Positions 1 to 20,030 of a DNA stretch of 64,000 nt are shown piece by piece. The stretch comes from Amoebidium appalachense (lineage: Eukaryota; Protista; Ichthyosporea), in NCBI GenBank assembly GCA_963693365.1, contig CAVNZM010000007.1, positions 10,599,962 to 10,663,961 of the forward strand. The letters are read 5' to 3'. The position numbers and the translations under genes were made by a program. Position 1 is the first letter of the stretch, and each line of letters begins with the position of its first letter. Below the pieces are notes generated by a model. That model did no database searches and had not been told where the DNA came from. It worked only from the letters and a program-made list of their open reading frames with translations.

Positions 1-226
1 CCACCCCATCATCACACTAACCCCTCCCCTCCCCCCCCCTCCCCCCCCCCCCCCCCCTCCCCCCCCCCCTCCCCCAGGAAAAAAAAAAAAAAAAAAAAAC
101 ACTGCCAAGAAAGCAACAAACGCTCTTTTGCACTGTCAATCGTCTACCTTTTCATGTCACCCCCCCCCCCCTCCCCTCCCCCCACAACCCCCCACCCACC
201 ACTAACCAATGGTTTTTCTTACTAAC

Positions 227-1312
<1,086 letters not shown>

Positions 1313-1796
1313 CGTGCGGATGGTGCAGAGGTAAGAAGTGGCTCACCAAATTTGCGTAAAAATGGACACCGTCATAATATTTGCACACTTCGGAAATCTA
1401 TAAATTACAGGTATTGGATGTAAATCACGCATGCAGGGTTGATTCATAGTACTGGCTGAGCCGCTTTCGATTTTGTATTTAGGTCCGCAAGCAACACCCT
1501 TCTAAATGATTGAGCCACTTCAAAAAAGAGCTTTCACAGTTTTTTCGTCAAAGTGTATGTACAGTAGGTGTTCTGTCCGGCCAAATTCTTTGTTTTATAC
1601 GCGGTCGAAATCTTTATACCAAAAGAATAAAAGTCGTTTAGTGTTTCGTTTTCTTCTGTGCATAGCGCTTTGTTTGTGGGCCTTGTTTCGTCGACGCGCA
1701 GTGTACAGCCCCCAGCAAAATAAAACATCACACTTCTCGCTCAGTTGCCCTCCATTTTCTTCTGGGTTTGTGACGATTCCCATCCACAACCCTACC

Positions 1797-2597
1797 ATGG
1801 CTCCGTCCATACAAATCCGGCCCTCACAACTCGCCCCACCGCCTCTACTCCGTCTGTGTGAGCAGGGCCAACTATCGTGGGGGCAGGGCAGGCAGGCGCT
1901 GTGGGGGCACGAGTCACTGGTGAGGAGGTTGGGCCAAAGGGCACTGCTGGACGCACACACGGGGTGTGTCAACACCCTGGCGTGGAACGAGGCTGGAAGG
2001 TGCGTGAATGGTGATGAGGCACCCGTGCACACGCATGTACGCAGGCATACCTGCATACAGCACCCACGTTCCCGTACATCTTGTAGCACCTACTGCACAC
2101 GCACACGCACACACGAATATGCACACGAACGTGTGCGCGCACACACACATACACATGCCTACATTTCAACACAAGCGCACACATGAATACCGAAGATTAC
2201 AATGCACGCAACTGTGCATAGACCTCTTTGCACGCTGGGGTTACACGAGGCTGCGTACACACACCTGTGTGAAAATACCATGCTGTGTCGCTACTGCTAT
2301 TACTCGTGATTGTGGCACAATGGTAAGGTTTTGACAGCTCTGCGTGAAGAGCACATCCGAGGGGTAGATTTAGGCGGATGGTACTCGCTGCCTTTGCCAG
2401 ACAGTGAAAGGATATTGTCACCAACATGCATACACACATACACGCATCTGCGCATACCACACACGTGCATGCGTGTACGAAGAAACCATCATCTTCGACT
2501 TCGCAACACGTGGACACGCACGCATGCATGCACACATGACGTCCACACACAAAGACGCACATGCATACGCACACACATACACTCACACACATTCACA

Positions 2598-2688
<91 letters not shown>

Positions 2689-3339
2689 GCACACACACAC
2701 ACACAGCCTGCTTGTGTCTGGGTCTGACGACCGCCAGGTTCTTCTCTGGGATTATGTTTCTTGCCAACCGGTTCGGGCCATACCCACGGGCCACTCCAAC
2801 AACGTGTTTGGGGCCTACCTGCTGCCTAACACAAACGACTCGGTGCTGGTCACGTGTGCCGGCGACACCGAGGTTTGTGGGGGCACCCGATTATCTCGAT
2901 GGGATATCTCGGTCATGGGTTATCAGGTTTTTTTATTTTTGTGGGGGGGGGGGGGGGGGGGGTAGTTCATCAAACCAGGAACGGGAATTATGAACCCAGG
3001 GCTAGTAAATTGTTGTATATGGGGAAGACATTCATCCGTCTTCATTTTCTAAAAGTTTGAGCAGTCTGTGAAGGACCAGTGTATTCTTGCGAACGGGGAA
3101 TACATTCTTATTCTTGGTCTTACATCCCACTTCGCCAGTCTTGTTTGTGTTGCGATTTGTTATGTGTGTCACGTGTGTCTGGAAAGTCCTTCTCGCTTCT
3201 TTGCCTGTTTTCATTTTAAGTTTGTTTGTGTGTATTTTTCTTTTCTTTCTTTCTTTCTTCTTCTTTTTTTCTTTTCTTTCTTTCTTTCTTTCTTTTTTTG
3301 GGGGGGGGGGGGGGGAGGGGGGGGAGAGATGGGGCGGGG

Positions 3340-3384
<45 letters not shown>

Positions 3385-4569
3385 CGGTGCACCCACTGCT
3401 CTATCCCACCCAACACTGAGGTGTGGCTGCAGGTGCGGCTGCACTTTCTGGCCCGTGACCCGGTCAGCACGGCCGTGTTCACGGGCCACACGGGCCGGGT
3501 CAAGCGGCTGGCCATCGAGCCGGGTAACCCGTATGTGTGGTTCTCTGCTGCCGAGGACGGTACAGTGCGCCAGTATGACCGCAGACTGCAAGGTCGGTGG
3601 ACATGTGTTTGGTGGCGGTAGCTTTGGTTTTTGTGTTTGTGTTGCGCATTTGTTTGTGTGGGGGGGTTGGTGTGGATATATGCGTGAAAAACGTGTCTCT
3701 GTGTGTTTGAGTTTTTTTTTAGGACCATGAGGGGAAGAGTGTTTGGCTGTGTGACTGGTGAGAAGTGGTGGTGTTGGTTGGTCGGGGGAGAAAGGGGGGG
3801 GGGGAAGGGGGGGGGGGTAGGTAGGTTTGCTTTTCGCTTCTAGGCAGTGGGGTCACTGACAGGTTATGGGTGCAGGGGAGGGCACAGTGCTGATTGAGAT
3901 GGAGGGAGCCGCAGACAGAGAGCCCAGGGGCAGATCCATCTGTGAGTGTGTGCATGTGTGTGTATGGTGTGTGTGTGTGTGTGTGTGTGTATGGTGTGTA
4001 TGGTGTGTATGTTTGTGTGTGTGTGCGTATGGTGTGTGTATGGTGTGTGTATGGTGTGTGTGTGTGTGTTTGTGAGAGAGAGAGAGGGGGGGGGGGGGGG
4101 GGGGAGAGGGAGGGGGTTGCCAACATGTGCTTGTTGGGCCTTGTGGTGGGAGGCACAGAATAAAGCGGAATAGATCATCGCTAGGGGAGAGTTGGAGAGG
4201 AGTGGGTGGGGGGGTTGGTGTGGGGTTGCATGGGTATTGGTGTGGGTGTGAGTCGACGTATGGGGCTTCTTGTCTGCCTGAATTGAATTGATTGGGTGCT
4301 GATTGAAAGCCGAAGGACAGCTACCTAGAAGAGAGGTGGGGGGAGGGGAGAGAGGGGGGAGGGGGGGAGGGGGGGGGGGGTCCCACTGCAACTCTTTATT
4401 TGCCTGTATTCTGAGCATTGGCATCTCCTGCCCTTCCGTATGCGCTCCTCTTTGGCTTTTGGCATGCTGTTTCGGGTGTGTGTATGTGGGGGTGGGGAGG
4501 GGGGGGGGGAGGGTATGGAAGGCAATAAATAATCTCTAGATGTGTGGTTGCCTCCCCCTCCCCTCCCCC

Positions 4570-4600
<31 letters not shown>

Positions 4601-5935
4601 TTATTCCCCCTCCTCCGCTTCCCTCTTCCGGAAACAGACAAACACACAAACGCGAGCCCCACGACCACTTCTTATCTCCGATGGCCCAAGATTCGTAGAG
4701 GGGGGAGGGAAAATCTGGTCTCGAAGCTGAAATAACCACAGCTACCATTGTGGTTGACCCCACACCTTCAACTCACCTTCCCCCCTCCCCCCCCCCCCCC
4801 CCCCCCTCTCCCCCCCCTCCCCCCCTACCCCTCTCCCCTCGCCCTCCCCCCCTCTCTCTCTGCAGTCGGGCTGTCATCTGGCCCCGAGGTTAAAACTCTT
4901 GCCCTGTGTGGTGCTGCCCCCCAGTATCTGGCTGTGGGCTGCAATGATCCATATGTGAGGGTGTTTGATAGGAGGATGCTGGGGGCCGCAGGTAGGTGCA
5001 TGGGCCAATGAGGGCCACCCATCCATAGCCATATGTGGTTAGCTGTGCAACGGGTTAGACGTGTGGAGAGACTTGCCAATTATGGTGCAAGGGTTGCTTT
5101 TAATGATGGGGCCTCACAGGTCAAATAGTGAGTACACGGGCCTGGTGATACTGCACCGAGCAGCCTATTTTCATGTGACCGTCAATTGGAGTTTAAATGG
5201 ACCATATTTGGATTTTTGAGGTTCCAATGGAGTTAAAGTAACCACCGCTACTCCCGCTTTAGCTGCTGGGCGGCTAGCCACATTGGCGACGTCATTCTGT
5301 GCACATTTTCCATGACGCTGTGTAGTCACCTTAAAAAGGCGCGAAAATAGGCTGGGCTGAAGCTGGCTCTGTCGTATGTCGACATCATCGACTTCGGCAA
5401 TGTGACTCAAATTGATTGTGTCTCTTGATTGGTCGCATTTGAGATGTGTGGATTACGGGTGCTCAGCGCCCAGACGCTAAAATGGGAGAAGCGGTGGTTG
5501 GTTTAAGCCAGGCTGGGGTCCCGCTGACACAGTATGTATGTTTGAATGAAAGTCCAAGTTTGGTCAAATTAGGAATTCTTGGTCGATCGGAATTGCCAAT
5601 GCGCGGGAATTTACTGTATAATGATTGCCATTCTAGCCAGTGTGCACAGGCCCAATGGCTTCCCTTTGTTTCTTACCATATATGGTGCAGGCAGCAGCAG
5701 GCACCGAGACCATCTAGCCCAGTGCTATGCCCCGAGTAGTCTGGCCAGGGCTGCAGCCTCCCCCCGCTACATGGGCCGTACATACGTCACACATGTGGCC
5801 TTTAGCGATGACGGCGCACAGCTGCTTGCATCATATGGCGCAAACCAGGTGGGTGGGTTGGTGTGTGTGTGTGTGTTGTGTGATTGTGTACGTGTACGTG
5901 TGTTGTGTGATTGTGTGTGTGTGTGTGTGTTATGT

Positions 5936-5973
<38 letters not shown>

Positions 5974-6701
5974 TGTGGTGGTGGTGGTGGTGGGGTGGGG
6001 TGGGGGGGGTGTTTGTGTCTGGAGAAGAAGGGGGGGGGGGGGGGTTGAGAGCGAGGTGTTGAAAAGGGGGGGGGGGGGGGGGGAGGGAAGGGGAGGTGGG
6101 TGTCAATGAGTGCGGGTTGGTGAGTGGGTCGGGGGGGGGGGGGGGGGGAGGGGGGGGGGCAGGTGGTGTTTGTGTCTGGAGAAGAAAAGGGGAAAAGGGG
6201 GGGGGGGGGGGCGTTGAGAGCGAGGTGTTGAAGGGGAGGGGGGGGGGGGGGAAGGCACCCTAAAAAACTGCACGAATTGCCTGCACATATGCCTTTGGCT
6301 GTTGTATACCGTATCCATTCCACCCCCCACACACACACACACATTGTGGTTGCCATGCCTGTGGTGTACACATGCGTGGCGTATTGGCCTGATGGGCTAC
6401 TGACTGGTCCTATGGCTGCAGGTGTATCTATTTGATGTCAGGGGCAGACAGACAGAGAGCATGCTTGCGCCCCCACCAAACACAACACAGCCACAGGCAG
6501 GTCACCCGCCACTGCCCGTGCTTGCCATGCTTTACCCACCATCCCCCCCTCCCCCCCCCCCCCCCCCCCCCCCCCAATATATATATATATATTATAAGAA
6601 GAAAAAAACAAAAACCAAAAGAAAAAACTTATTGTCGCACTTCGCACGTGAAAGCATGCATGCCTTTGGCTGGCATTTAACTCAAAAAGACAACAGCGAA
6701 A

Positions 6702-6734
<33 letters not shown>

Positions 6735-9700
6735 CCTTCCTTCTGACAGTCTATTCGTGAGCAAGCAAATGAGATGTGTGCGAGGGGTGGGAGAAAAATG
6801 GGCTGGAAGCCAATTAAAGAAAGCTGCTTTAGTGCTTTTTAAAAACAAACAGTCGCAGCGCTTGAGTTGGGCCTTAAAGGTAACAGCCACACTTTCCTTG
6901 TGTCGATTGACAATCATTGGTCAAGTGGTTTTTTTTTTTTTTTTTGTCTCCGACTTCTCCATCTGACCAGGACGGGACTACCACACACGTATATCCTGGC
7001 CTTTACACACACGCACTCGCACTCGCACGCGCATACACGCACACGCACACGCACACGCACACACACACACACACACACACAGGTGCCCAACAAGTGTGCA
7101 GAGCTAAAGCGGCAGCTAGGGACCAGTGCGTTCAAGAAGCAGATGTGGGCCCATGCCGTACACTACTACAGGTGGGAAGAAGAATGCATGCAGGAAAGGA
7201 AACACTTTATTAGAAAAAGAAAGAAGTGTTTATTTGTTTTTTCCCCCGGGGGGGAAGGGGGGGGGGGGTTGTGTGTGTGCGGCTACGAGAGGGAGGGAGG
7301 GTAGAATGGGTTTGTGTTTGTGTGGTGGTGGTGGTGGGGGAGGGGGGAAATGGGGGGAGGGGGGGGGGGGATGGGTTAGTGTTTGTGTAGGCTTGATCCA
7401 TCTACCCTTTGCATTTGACTGACTGGTCGATTGATTTATCGAAGAGGGAGGGCTTGGTTACGGGGGCAAAAGGCCAAGTTATTATGCCCATACCTGCTGC
7501 AAATTATTGTGCTTGGTTACTGCAAAACGTGAGTCGGAGAGCGGGTGGTGTCCCTTTATTGGGTCAGGTTAGACCATTAATTTAACCACATGATCTGATT
7601 GGAGCATTATGCAGTGAGGCTATCCGCCTATGCCCCCACGCATCACTGCTCTATTCCAACCGTGCTGCTGCCCTTTTACGTCGAAACTGGAGGGGTGATG
7701 CCCTGCAGGCATGGAAGGATGCACAGGCTGCAATCACACTCAAGTAGCAATGCCCCCCCCCAACACCACCACCACCACCACCACCATCTGTGATACTGGA
7801 GTGTGTTTAGCCATCAAGGCACACGCGCAGGCACACTCGTAAACATGCATGTGCATGCAAGCAGACACTGATACACCATATACAGACACATGCTCACACT
7901 TGCGGGAACACGGCATACACTACACATACAAACCCTTACACACAAAGAACACCACATAAGCACGTGCCCACCCCACCCCATGGCCCTATGGTACAGTAGA
8001 ATGCACAGCAGCATAACACCTACCACCCCGGTGCCCCTTACACCTTCTCTCATGTTCTTCTACCTTTGCATCTCGTTTCTGTTCAAAACATACGTCTCTT
8101 TTTTTGCCGAACTAGCACATGGAAACAGAACCGAAGTAAGATGAAAGGTGAAGGAGAGGAGAAGAGGGACAATAAGCCATTGTGGCCATGGTGGGCACCC
8201 TTGCACTAACTCACAGTGACTGCGCCCAAACCATGGAAGCACGCACGCATGCGTGCACGCACACACACGCATGCACGCACACACGCACGTGCGCGCGCGC
8301 ACGCACACACACACACACACACACACACAGCCCAGACAACGTGAAGGGTCATCTGCGTCTGGCCCAGGCACTTTATTCACTGCAGCGGCTCAACCTTGCA
8401 CACACAACAATCATGGCTTCCCTCGAGAGGTTGGCAAGCCCCCCCCCCCCCCCCCCTTGGTCTCCGCTACACACACACACCACCACTACCGCCACACTCA
8501 CGAGTGCGGGTGCACATACATGCACCAATGCTCACACACGAATTCACATACGTGCTTGCGCAGACACACAAGCAACCGTACATGCAAACAAGCACACACT
8601 TTTGGGCACACAGCACAAGTCTAATTACCCAAGCCCCCCCCCCCCCTCCTCCTCCTCCTTTCTTCCCCTCTTTCAACAACTATGCACACATGACGACCAG
8701 TTCAGACAATCTTCACCCCCCACATGCTCTGTTTGGTACGTGGCAAGGATGCCCTCCTATAAAACCCCCTTTTGAAAGAGGAGCGGGGGTAACAGCAGTT
8801 GATTCTGGTTGATTTAGAGTAGCTGTCATATATAGATAGTCTGTAAACTAAGAATATGGGTCCCAATTAGCCTGCACACTCTCCCTCGATAGTGTCAGGC
8901 ACCCACGTGAAAACACACCACCACACTGTTTGCGCCACTATGCAATGCAATGCAAAGCATGTGACTGTAATGGTAAACAAAGGCGCTGACAGACACAAAT
9001 ACACCATGCAGATTTCCCGGTGAGTCCAGGCTGGTCGAAGAAAAGAACATCATCGAGGGATTAATAGCAGAGAGGAGAGAGCGCAGGAGGAGGAGGAGAC
9101 AGCGGGCAAGAAGGGAGGAAGAGAACGAGGATGGAGTTGAAAGAAACGAGGGTGCAGACAAGGATAAGGAAGAGCAAGAGAACAAGAACGAGGTCGGGGA
9201 TGACAGTATCGAGGGACATGCCCTGAATGGGTCTGCACCGCATATTAAAGTTGACAGAGTCGAGGATGAAAAGGTGGGGGGTGTACCCTACAGTCCCCTC
9301 CTGATCGGGTATTTGGAAACAGCAGGTTGCGCTAACATTGCGGGTTGTGGGTAGAAAGTAGCTGGGGGAGAAGGGGGGGGGGGGGGAAGGGGAGGGAGGG
9401 AGGGGTGTTTGGGGGGGGGGGGGGGGGGGGGGAGGGGGAGGGGGGGGGAGGGGTTGCCAAGAAAAGCAGATGATGGGCTATTTGTTGTCGTGTCTGCCCT
9501 GCATGCCTGCGCCCCTGTGCATGTGTGCAAATTGACCTTCATGACCGTGTGGGTGGACTCTGCCCATCTGCCCGTGGCTGTATCTCTCCGTGTGATGGTA
9601 TCTACGTGTGCACCTTCTAACCGCCTGCCCCCCCCTCTCCCCCCAGCCACAGCCCCAGGAGGATGATGGGCCACCCACTGACATCGACAGTGAGACCGAA

Positions 9701-10368
9701 CCCCTCTCCCCCAGTGAGAGTGAAGACGAAGAACCCCCCCAGAGGAGATTTCGGCTCAGATCACGCCCAGTCACCCCCATGCATCCGTTTAGCGACATGT
9801 GTATGAGGTGCGTGCAACATGGGGTGTTGCGGTGGTTAGACATGCATGTGTGGATGTATGTGTGGATACACGTGACCCTTACACGTGCACGCACACACAT
9901 GCACATATCCGATTATGCAATGCATGCTTTCTTGTAAGCGCACACATGCACACAGAACCACACACGACACACACGCGCAGAGATACAAAACTGTGTTTTT
10001 ATGGGAGTTTGCTGAGGCACGATTACATGTCTGTATGCACACAGGGGTAGTGCCAGGTGCATCTGGAAACCCACTATGTATTTTTAGGTACACCAGCCAC
10101 CACCTTCCTATTCTTAGACGCTAACCCCTCTCCTCCAGGTACACGGGGCACTGCAACACCGACACAGACATCAAGGAGGCCACATTCCTGGCATCTGATT
10201 GGGTGGTGTCAGGCAGCGATGATGGCCGCATATTTGTGTGGCACAAGGTTTGTGCTGATTGGTTGATTGGCCTCAATAGACGTGTCACGTGGTGTCACGT
10301 GGGTACGCTGGGAATGGCCTTGTGTGCGCTTGCCCCCTCTCTCTCCCCCCCCCCCCCTCTCGACCTTC

Positions 10369-10405
<37 letters not shown>

Positions 10406-10594
10406 CGCACGCTCCTGCCCCCCAAGAAAGAGAAGAAAAAAAAGAAAAGAAAAGAAAAGAAAAGAAAAATGAACCGAAATGAACCCATTTTCAATGCAAT
10501 ACATTTGATCCACCATATGTTCATGGTGTCCCTCATTTCCCAATATCCCCCCACACACACACTCACTCACACACACACACACGCCCGCGCACAC

Positions 10595-10657
<63 letters not shown>

Positions 10658-11452
10658 CCAGCACACAGCTAGTAGGTACGCTGCAGGCAGACAGGCACGT
10701 AGTGAACTGTGTTACCCCCCACCCCTCCATCCTTGCCCTTGCCTCAAGCGGCATCGAGTCAACTATCAAACTGTGGGAGCCTATGCCAAATGAAGAGGCT
10801 AAGGTGGGTTTTCCCCCTCATTACAGCAGACACAAACACACATACAAACAAACTGAAAGACGAAACAAAAAAAAGAAACCACATTTTACCTGACTGGTTT
10901 GGTTGTATTTGCCTAAAATGCAAGCCGTGTGAAACCAACGAGCACGTACCGGTTATCATGTAATGGTTGTGTTGACGCAAATAGCAGGGGGTATGTATGT
11001 ATGGTGGGAGAAGGGCGGAGAAAAGGGGGGAGGGGGGGAGGCAAGCACCTTTCTGCATGTGTTCGCCCTTGTGCTAAATAGTTGCCTATGTGCTGCATAG
11101 TACCACCCGGCTAACACCCACCCACACCCCCCAAATCTCCCCCCCCCCCCCCCCCTCCCCTCCCCCCACCTCCGCCACCCCTCCGACCCCACCCCCTTAT
11201 CCCTCTCACCACTACACTCACTGACCTACTCCACTCCCCCTCCCCCCCCCTCCCCCCTCCCCCCCCCCCCCCCACACGCACACACACACACAGATCACCA
11301 CTGCAGCCACAGAGCTAGTGTCGCAGTCTACGTCCAACCAGCAGCGCATGGCCAGTGATGAGACGCCAGGGGCCACCATACTCGATGCAATATTCACTAG
11401 GGTGGCTCAGGCCCAGGGCGCACAGCAGAACGCTGACTGTGTCATATCGTAG
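1797..11452 (+). CDS. WDTC1: WD40 and TPR repeat protein, WDTC1/adipose-type DCAF (CUL4-DDB1 substrate receptor family)
   Basis: 15 exons: 1797-1999, 2707-2872, 3433-3592, 3863-3941, 4866-4991, 5691-5848, 6422-6496, 7083-7171, 7615-7743, 8331-8429, 9012-9273, 9647-9807, 10139-10247, 10657-10803, 11294-11452. Motifs: [49 protein letters not shown] segment [56 protein letters not shown]. The protein ends CVIS-stop. Confidence 0.9.
5175..5585. mobile_element. Degenerate MITE-like inverted-repeat element in WDTC1 intron 5
   Basis: TTAAAGTAACCACCGCTACTCCCGCTTTAGC (~5234-5263) is near-complementary to GCTAAAATGGGAGAAGCGGTGGTTGGTTTAA (~5476-5506). An outer pair, GGACCATATTTGGATTT / AAAGTCCAAGTTTGGTC, is weaker. 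Exact ends are uncertain. Confidence 0.55.
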
Positions 11453-11456
11453 GGGG

Positions 11457-11489
<33 letters not shown>

Positions 11490-12662
11490 TGTGTTTTTTG
11501 TTTTTGTTTTTCTTGCTTTTGCTTTTTTTTTTTTTTTTTTTTGTGGGGGGGGGGGGGGGGGGGGGGGTAGACTTCTAGACTGATGTGAATGACGCAGACC
11601 AGAAAATGGAGTTGTGTTTGTGGGGGGTGATATTGGTTTGATTCACAGATATATTTGCAGTTAAGTTTGTGTGGTGGGATGCCATCTGATAAGGACGAAA
11701 GAGGGGGGGTGTCTGCTTCACATGCACAACTGGTGCAAAAAAAGAATATAAAAAAAAGAAAAGAGGGGGAAGGGAGGGAAGGGGAAGGGGGGTAGCCACG
11801 CGCAAATTTTGGGGTGCATGTACGAATGACAGTAAGTATTTGTCGATCACCGTTTGTGTACATAGGGGCTCCCTTGGCAAAGACGGGTTTTGCAGTTTCC
11901 GTATGCTCACACAGTTGTGCCGGTTCCTCTGCATATGTTGCAAAATGGCACGTTGTCCCATATCTTACTACCAAGATTTGTCCTGTTATTGTACATTGAA
12001 GCTTTTTCTCAAACCAATAGATTGATCTTCCGCTTTTGTTGACAAAACTTCTCATTTGCCCGACCTGCAGGCACTATAATGGTTAAATGGTACATATATC
12101 ACATACTGGCGGTGTGGGCCTACAAAAACATATTCGATAATGACTGGCAATATAAAATATACGTTTTAAAAAGGTGCTCGACGTGCAGAGTGCCCATTCG
12201 TGCAACACAACAAGACATAACAGCAGCAACATATCTGCTCTGTGCAGGGTTAAACCCACATACAAACCCACCCTGGGTGAGCCAGCATACTAGTAGTACA
12301 AAGAATGGGGCCCAACCAACACCGGGCATATGACGTGTACCAACAAGCGTGTAAAGTTGCCATTGCTTACGCGCATGCTTGTGTGCATTCGTGCCCTTTC
12401 ATGTGTTTGTGTGTACAAGTAACACCCACCCATACGAATTTCTGTGCGTGGGTGTGCCTTTGTTTGGATAGTATATACAACCGGAAAGGGTGGAAAATTC
12501 TCCAGACTTATCTTGATCAGACGTCGCGGACAAAAAACCTGCATGCCCAATAGGACACGTACACCCACACCTTTCTTGAACGAGCGCCAATACGTGCTGG
12601 AAAAGTAGAGGGAACGAGGGAGGGAGGGAAGGAGAGGGGGGGGGGGGGGGGGGGGGTTCATG

Positions 12663-18378
<5,716 letters not shown>

Positions 18379-18802
18379 GGTTGCTTCAAGGCTCCGCATA
18401 AGGCAGCATGCATAACACGTTGTGCTTGCTTAGGCTAACTGCTTGACTTTCGACTTTCCAAGTTCGCCGCCGGGCCGCTGCAGCCTGTAGCTCGGCAGTT
18501 AGATGTGCAAAACAGACTGTTCAGTGTCATAAGAGCCAGTCACGCCAGTACTAGTCTGTGGGGGTCCAAATCAGATATTTCCAAATTACCCAAAAACTGA
18601 AAATTTTTGTCTAAGTCATACCGTCATGCCTTTATTTACGAATTGAGTACCCCTAAACGTGCAGTTTAGGAAGCCAAATAAACTTTAGATTTGGGATTTC
18701 GATTGGTGCAATTAGTTATTCATGCTCAGATCTGTTTGTGTCAATGCACCGTGGCCCGCGCCGCCGCGCGCGGGCCCGCCTGAACTCGAGTCCGGCTCCC
18801 CG

Positions 18803-18846
<44 letters not shown>

Positions 18847-18898
18847 ACCACCAGCCCCCTCCGCCTAGAACCATCCCCCCTCCCTCTCCCTTCCGCGA

Positions 18899-18934
<36 letters not shown>

Positions 18935-19576
18935 TCCCGGGCCCCCTCCTTTCCCTGCACACATGCACACACCTTGCTTACGATAATACCTGTTGTACAT
19001 GTCTGTAACAACCGTAACTACATGTTGAAAGCTCGTCCGGCCGGCGCGAGCCTTAGCGACATTTCATGATCACCGAGTCCCCCCTTCCCCCCCCTTCCCC
19101 CCCCTCTCCCTCCCCCTTCCCCCTTCCCCCCCTCCCCCCCTCCCTCCTTCTCTCTCACATTGTGGTCTCGCCCGTCAGGCCTCCCTTCGATTTTTCCTAG
19201 CTTGTGCACTAACAATTATTAACGCATGATCTCCCACGACCTCGCGCTCGCCCCTCTGCTCAGCTCACTGTCAGTGACCGTCTTGATTCCTGCACATTTA
19301 TAACACATGACGTCGACCATCCCCCCCACCCTCCCCTCCACCCCCCTCCTCCTCTTTCCCCTCCCCCCCCCCCCCCCCCTCCCCCCCCCCCCCCTCCCCC
19401 CCCCCCTTCCCCCCGCACCCACGCACACACACACACCTTTTGGTCTAGCACATTCTTCACCGCACATTCTGGACCCCCCTCCCCACCTCCTCCACACACA
19501 AAAAAAGAAAGAAATCAATAAAAAGAAAAAATGAAAATAAGAAGAAGGTAAGGAAAAAGAACTTCCGGGGAGAAAA

Positions 19577-19608
<32 letters not shown>

Positions 19609-19980
19609 GGGGGATACTTAGATTTTCCCCTCATACAGGTGTGTGGATCCTCCCTCCTTTTCCCCACATGAAAATTAGCGGGACTGCGGCAACGTGGTGG
19701 GATAAGGCGTTATCAAAAACAGTGCCGATCGGGGTCAGTTTAGTATCCTGAATTATAGTCAGATATAGTTGCGCTATACTACGATCGGTCTCTATGCGGA
19801 AGACGTTAGCTCCCTGAGGCAGTGCCTCGCTGGCGGTGAAACGGGAATTTAAAAAATGAAAGTGTGAAATCCCTCCACCTCTCTCAGTCTTAATCCTTGT
19901 CCTCCAATAAACTTTAGTTTAGTTTTGTTCGCGCTTATTCCAACGTGCCCTCCCACCCTTTCCTTCCTTACTAAATGCTA

Positions 19981-20030
<50 letters not shown>

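Noticed and set aside
6009-6235. Two copies of GTGTTTGTGTCTGGAGAAGAA..GTTGAGAGCGAGGTGTTGAA
   Set aside because: Simple local intronic duplication among G-runs, with no TE or coding hallmarks.
19811-19846. Hammerhead-like CTGAG..GAAAC
   Set aside because: The core reads CUGAGGC rather than CUGANGA, and I could not build stem III or a cleavage triplet.
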